From Syntrophomonadaceae bacterium (GTDB lineage Bacteria; Bacillota; Dethiobacteria; DTU022), in NCBI GenBank assembly GCA_007121075.1, contig SKMK01000024.1, positions 1,016 through 65,015 of the forward strand: 64,000 nt of DNA, written 5' to 3'. This document shows positions 59,426 through 64,000 of this stretch, piece after piece. Made by a program: the position numbers and the translations under genes. The notes beneath the pieces were generated by a model. It saw only the letters and a list, made by a program, of their open reading frames with translations. It made no database searches and had not been told where the DNA came from. Every line of letters begins with the position of its first letter. The first letter of the stretch is position 1.

Positions 59426-59684
59426 TTGGTTCTGCTCATGTTTTATGTAAATAATACCTAAGTATGTTTGCTATGTCAACATTCATGATGGAAAATTAAT
59501 TCCTGATCTTGGCCTTGAAAAAGGAGAAACAGCAACAAAGTAGAATTGAATAGTAAAAACATAATAATGTGAAAACTGTAATGATTGCGAGAAAAACTGA
59601 AATGACCCGCTTTCAGGAAGGGCTTATATGCTTATAAGGTCTAGCGGCCTTAAATAGTTATTTCATATTTCAGGAGGTGTGGTT

Positions 59685-60953
59685 ATGAGTTCTGAGCAGT
59701 TTAATATTGATGTTTCAAAAGTAGCTGAAATTAATGATTTCCTGGCCGATCCCAATAACCACCTGGTAAATGAACTTGTAAAAGTGGTCAACAAATACGG
59801 TACTGTTGATGAAATTAACACTGCAGCTGAAGAAGCGAAAAAATTATCCAGCTTAATGGAACGCCTTGACAACCTGGGTTCACCCTACTTAAAAGATCTG
59901 GACTGGTTAATCGGAGCAAGGGACAAGGGTGAATTTGTGCCGGTTTCTGATTTTTACCGGGATGTATTGGGTGAATCTGCAGACCTGGCAGGCATGTCTT
60001 TTAATGAAGGCAATGCGGTAACCCTTGAAATCAGTGCCCTGCAGTACTTCCCCTGGCTGATCAGCGAAGCCAAACGATCCATAGGAAAAAGAGAAATTAT
60101 GCCTGGACGCTATATCCGGGTCCGCAAAATGAAAGAGCAGGAACGTGACCAGGGCGACATTCTGGCAGTTGCGGTGGCTATGCAGGTAATTGGGGCCAGC
60201 TATGTGGAGAGCCTTGATACGAAAGGCACAGATGGGGCGAATATCCACCTTGGCGGTCCTGAAACCATTACCGGTTATTTTGGCGGCATCGGCCAACCCA
60301 ACGACTATGCCCTGATGTGGGTCGACGAGCTGCTTTACTATTACACCCGGTACGGAATTAATGAAGTCCTGAATATCAACGCGGGAACTATTTTACTGGG
60401 TTACCTCCTCTATAAGATGGGCATAAATATCAAGTTTAAAATTTCGGTTTTTATGGGTAATGACAATCCCTATTCGGTCTTATGGACCCTGCTCATGGCC
60501 AGAATGCTTTCCAGGGAAGACGAGACCACTCCCCTGGTCGGTTTCAACTTGAGCAATTCGGTTAACAACAAAACCCTTGAATTGACCTCGGCTGTCCGGC
60601 GCCAGCTGGGCCTGGAAAACAAGGTCCGCATTGAACATCACATCACGGAGACCAAAAAGAGCATTGTCCGTCAGCCCTATGACCGCCTGGATGAGTTGAT
60701 TGATATCGCCGGCACAGTCCCTAATATATCAGCCAAACATGAAGGAGGGTATCCCGACATGGAAGAGGAGTTGGATCACCCTTCCGATATCCTCGATTAT
60801 TTCCGCGACAAGGACGAAATAACTGCAGCGGGGGATATGGAGGCGCTGGAAAACAATTACCTGATCAAGCACCAGGCTGTGAACCGGACAGCGAGAAAAC
60901 TGGTTGAAAACGGCCTTTCCTTTACTGGCGCCAGGAACTTGCACCGGCGTTAA
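59685..60953 (+). CDS. Hypothetical protein with enzyme-like motifs
   Basis: AGGAGG RBS; MPGRYIRVR, LDTKGTDG, GYFGGIGQPN, EHHITE, KHEGG. Confidence 0.85.
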   Translation: MSSEQFNIDVSKVAEINDFLADPNNHLVNELVKVVNKYGTVDEINTAAEEAKKLSSLMERLDNLGSPYLKDLDWLIGARDKGEFVPVSDFYRDVLGESADLAGMSFNEGNAVTLEISALQYFPWLISEAKRSIGKREIMPGRYIRVRKMKEQERDQGDILAVAVAMQVIGASYVESLDTKGTDGANIHLGGPETITGYFGGIGQPNDYALMWVDELLYYYTRYGINEVLNINAGTILLGYLLYKMGINIKFKISVFMGNDNPYSVLWTLLMARMLSREDETTPLVGFNLSNSVNNKTLELTSAVRRQLGLENKVRIEHHITETKKSIVRQPYDRLDELIDIAGTVPNISAKHEGGYPDMEEELDHPSDILDYFRDKDEITAAGDMEALENNYLIKHQAVNRTARKLVENGLSFTGARNLHRR

Positions 60954-61264
60954 ATTACATTAATGTTCGTGTTCGCAGCCTGCTGTGCTCCGGGTTATCT
61001 CAAAGTCTAGTCCGGTATAACCCTGTTTTCCGGGAGAGGGGGGCAGCCTTTACAAGCCCTGGAGAGGCGATAATGAATTGATATCAATGAACAGGAAAAA
61101 GGTGAATTATGTTGAGATGTTCATGTAAATGATTGCCTTGAATGAGCCAAATCTCCTGCCCATTTCCGAGCAAAAGGCGGCCGACTTATGTGTGCCGAAA
61201 GTTTAAATACCGGCTCTTCGGGCCGATGTTTTCCTGGAACAAGTTTTTAAGGTATAATCCTGTT

Positions 61265-62500
61265 ATGGAATTGTTAGCGCCTGCTGGAAACCTGGAAAAA
61301 TTGAAAACGGCGGTTCGTTTTGGGGCGGATGCTGTTTACTGCGGCGCCGGCCCTTACTCTCTCCGTGTGCCCGAAGCCTCCCTATCTCCCGAAGAGCTTG
61401 CCGAAGGAATCCGTTTTGCCCGTCATCATGGCAGCAGGGTCTACCTGGCTATGAACATCTTTCCTTTTGACGAAGACTTTGATGGTATGCTTGCTTATTT
61501 TAAAAAGGCAGTAGATATGGGGGTTGATGCCGTGATCTTTTCTGATCCCGGCCTTTTTTACGTCCTCTCCCGGCTTGAGACCGGGGTGGAGTTTCATTTG
61601 AGCACCCAGGCCAACACTACCAACTCGGAGAGCGCCCGGTTTTGGAAGGAACAGGGTGTGAGCCGGATTATCCTGGCCCGGGAACTCAGCCTGGAACAGG
61701 TCAGTGCAATCAAAAAGCAGGTTCCGGGCATTGAACTGGAGGTTTTTATTCACGGAGCTATGTGCGTGGCTTTTTCCGGCCGCTGCCTGCTGTCTTCTAT
61801 ACTTACTGGCCGTTCTGCCAACCGTGGATTATGCACCCAGCCCTGCCGCTGGGAATACCGGCTGCGGGAAGTGGACCGGGAAGAGGAACTTGCCATACAC
61901 GAGGACGAAAGGGGCAGTTATATCCTGAATTCAAGGGATCTCTGTATGATCGAGCATATCCCTGAGCTGGTTGCTGCGGGCGTGGATGGCCTAAAAATTG
62001 AGGGCCGCATGAAAACCGCTTATTATGTAGCGGCTGTTACCCGTATCTACAGGGCTGCCCTGGATCACTATTATGATCCGGCTGTCAGTTATGAATTTGA
62101 TCCCCGGTGGCGGGAAGAGCTGAAAAAAGTGCCACATCGTCCTTACACCACCGGCTTTTATTTTCCCGATCGGGATAATAAAACAGAGGATACCTGGAAA
62201 GCTTCGCCAACTAGAAAATATGATTTTGTGGGTACGGTTGACGAGCATAATCTTGACGGGAATACTATTAAAATTATGGCCCGGAACCGGTTTTCAAAAG
62301 GAGATACCCTGGAAATACTCGAACCCACCCACGTTGAGGTGTTAAAAGTCAAGGTGGATCAAATAATCGATGAGCGGACTGGAATTTCCCTGGAACAGGC
62401 TCATAACAGCTATGTGGTCAGGATACCGCTTACAGAAAAACCAGGATATAAAATAAGCCGTCATTCTATTGTCAGGTCAGGGGGGGCAGAAAACAGCTAA
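61265..62500 (+). CDS. U32 family protein (TrhP-like tRNA hydroxylase)
   Basis: MELLAPAG, HGAMC..SGRC, NRGLCTQPCR, LKIEGRMK. Confidence 0.92.
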   Translation: MELLAPAGNLEKLKTAVRFGADAVYCGAGPYSLRVPEASLSPEELAEGIRFARHHGSRVYLAMNIFPFDEDFDGMLAYFKKAVDMGVDAVIFSDPGLFYVLSRLETGVEFHLSTQANTTNSESARFWKEQGVSRIILARELSLEQVSAIKKQVPGIELEVFIHGAMCVAFSGRCLLSSILTGRSANRGLCTQPCRWEYRLREVDREEELAIHEDERGSYILNSRDLCMIEHIPELVAAGVDGLKIEGRMKTAYYVAAVTRIYRAALDHYYDPAVSYEFDPRWREELKKVPHRPYTTGFYFPDRDNKTEDTWKASPTRKYDFVGTVDEHNLDGNTIKIMARNRFSKGDTLEILEPTHVEVLKVKVDQIIDERTGISLEQAHNSYVVRIPLTEKPGYKISRHSIVRSGGAENS

Positions 62501-62618
62501 AACTAGCATTGCTTAAGCATAGTGGAAGTGATAAGATCTAACCCAGGCAGTTATGCTGATCGTATGTGAATAGTTTTATCCAGATACGGGCATGACCCGG
62601 TTAAGGGGGCGATAACAG

Positions 62619-63128
62619 ATGAAATTGATTGATAAATATGTACCGATGTTGATCGCTGTTTTGGTTGGGTGTGCTTTTCTGGGCTTTGCTTTGACCCAAA
62701 ATGCCTTTGCAAACAACGCTGACAATGACGATTTAGGGAACAACTTTGAAATGGAACAGGAAGCGGGGACTTCCGGGGGGACGGTCAGGCGTCATATTGA
62801 TATCAGCAGTGGCTGGTCGGGAGCTTATCTCCATGAGAATATGACCGTTGAAGGCAAAGCGGAAATAAAAGAGAGTTTTAGTATGAGTAACCTCAAAGCG
62901 GGTTCAGGAAGCAGCCGGGGAACCGGTTCGGGCACTGGCAATTCAGGCTCAGGAAGTGAGAGCGCTACCGGAGTGGCCGGCGAAAATAATAGCAGCGGTG
63001 AAAACAATCCAAGTTCCAATCAAAACAACGATCCCAATTCAGGAGAAACAGACAATTACGGCCCGGACAATAAAACCGAGCCGGAAATAGAACCCATGAA
63101 AATTCCCGGCTGGTCAGACTTGTTTTAA
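62619..63128 (+). CDS. Secreted hypothetical protein, paralog of 39568-40089
   Basis: Signal peptide AFA; shared core; S/G/N linker; ends PGWSDLF. Confidence 0.82.
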   Translation: MKLIDKYVPMLIAVLVGCAFLGFALTQNAFANNADNDDLGNNFEMEQEAGTSGGTVRRHIDISSGWSGAYLHENMTVEGKAEIKESFSMSNLKAGSGSSRGTGSGTGNSGSGSESATGVAGENNSSGENNPSSNQNNDPNSGETDNYGPDNKTEPEIEPMKIPGWSDLF

Positions 63129-64000
63129 TTAGTGCTTTTTCCGGTTTTGCCTTTTTTGCATTACTGATAGGAAGGTGTCGGTTAATACCGGATCAAACTG
63201 GGTTCCGGAACATTTCTTAAATTCAGTTATGATTTCCTCCAGCGGCAGTTCCTTTTTGTAGGGCCTGCCGTTGTTCATAACTTCAAAAGCATCGGCAATT
63301 GCGGTTATTCGGGCCAGAAGAGGGATACTTTCTTTTTCAAGTCCCTGTGGATAACCCGATCCGTCCCAGCGCTCATGGTGAGACAGGATCTCTGTGGAAA
63401 CATGTGAGAATTCTTCCGTGGCCAGGGTAATCCGGTACCCTATCTCCGGGTGTTCTTTCATCAACTGCCACTCATCTTTGGTTAAAGGTCCATTTTTGGT
63501 TAACATTTCTTCGGGCATATTGATTTTGCCTATGTCGTGCAGGGTAATTAATATTTCCAGCCGGGTCAGTTCTGAATCGGGCAGGTTTATTTTTTTTCCT
63601 ATTCTGCCGGCGATTTTTTGCATACCAAGGGTATGTTTTTCAGTTTCATAACTTTTTGTGCCAAGGGTCTTAATCAAGGCATTTAAGACAGCGCTCCTTG
63701 CGCTTTTACTTTCGGCAAGTTTTTGCTTGTACATATCGTCTTCGGCTTCTTTTAATATTTCTGCCGGTCCGGTTGCAATACTATGGGTGGTAGAAAACCC
63801 CAGGGCCATGGATATAGGAATTGATTCCACGTAAGCTTCACGGCAGTTGTCTTTAATCCTTCTAACGATTGTATTGACTTCCCTTTCATCTGTCTGGGGC
63901 AGGATGATTACAAATTCATCTCCACCCCACCTGGTTATGACATCTTCGTTTCGGCAGGAAGTCCTTAATATGTAGGCTGCATATTGCAGTAGTTTATCTC
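63129..64000 (-). CDS. GGDEF + HD-GYP protein (3' part)
   Basis: RWGGDEF near 63915-63933; HDIGK, HHERWDGSGYP, QFDP; 5' end lies beyond the window. Confidence 0.92.
   Translation of the reverse strand, partial: DKLLQYAAYILRTSCRNEDVITRWGGDEFVIILPQTDEREVNTIVRRIKDNCREAYVESIPISMALGFSTTHSIATGPAEILKEAEDDMYKQKLAESKSARSAVLNALIKTLGTKSYETEKHTLGMQKIAGRIGKKINLPDSELTRLEILITLHDIGKINMPEEMLTKNGPLTKDEWQLMKEHPEIGYRITLATEEFSHVSTEILSHHERWDGSGYPQGLEKESIPLLARITAIADAFEVMNNGRPYKKELPLEEIITEFKKCSGTQFDPVLTDTFLSVMQKRQNRKKH

Noticed and set aside
61105-61205. Minus-strand FRHT*VGRLLLGNGQEIWLIQ..H resembling an integrase box II
   Set aside because: Short, contains a stop, spacing is off and LGH is missing; likely chance.
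1-64000. CRISPR array, tRNA, rRNA, intact transposase or phage genes; pyrrolysine UAG readthrough
   Set aside because: No regularly spaced repeats or signature motifs seen; the in-frame TAG codons noticed lie in pseudogenes with other lesions.

Overview
Mostly chromosomal DNA from an anaerobic Bacillota genome. The lineage is inferred from gene content and from sigmaA/sigmaH-type promoters. Main blocks: a TetR / rifampin-phosphotransferase-like kinase / MFS module with twin operators; a D-proline reductase cluster (prdC-A-B-D-E); acyl-CoA metabolism genes; a TPP-riboswitch thiM-thiE operon; an uncharacterised B12-binding enzyme; and a 3' region of secreted proteins with a c-di-GMP-I riboswitch. 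The ORF track misses three probable selenoproteins read through in-frame UGA: PrdC (CxxU), PrdB (UxxC) and an unannotated 91-aa GG-U-C protein at 47914-48189. Other highlights are a pair of paralogous secreted beta-rich proteins sharing a ~56-aa core and a PxWxxLF terminus, about ten sigmaH-type promoters, and several genes collapsed by internal deletion. No CRISPR array, rRNA or tRNA was seen. All calls come from motif recognition by eye; no database searches were run.
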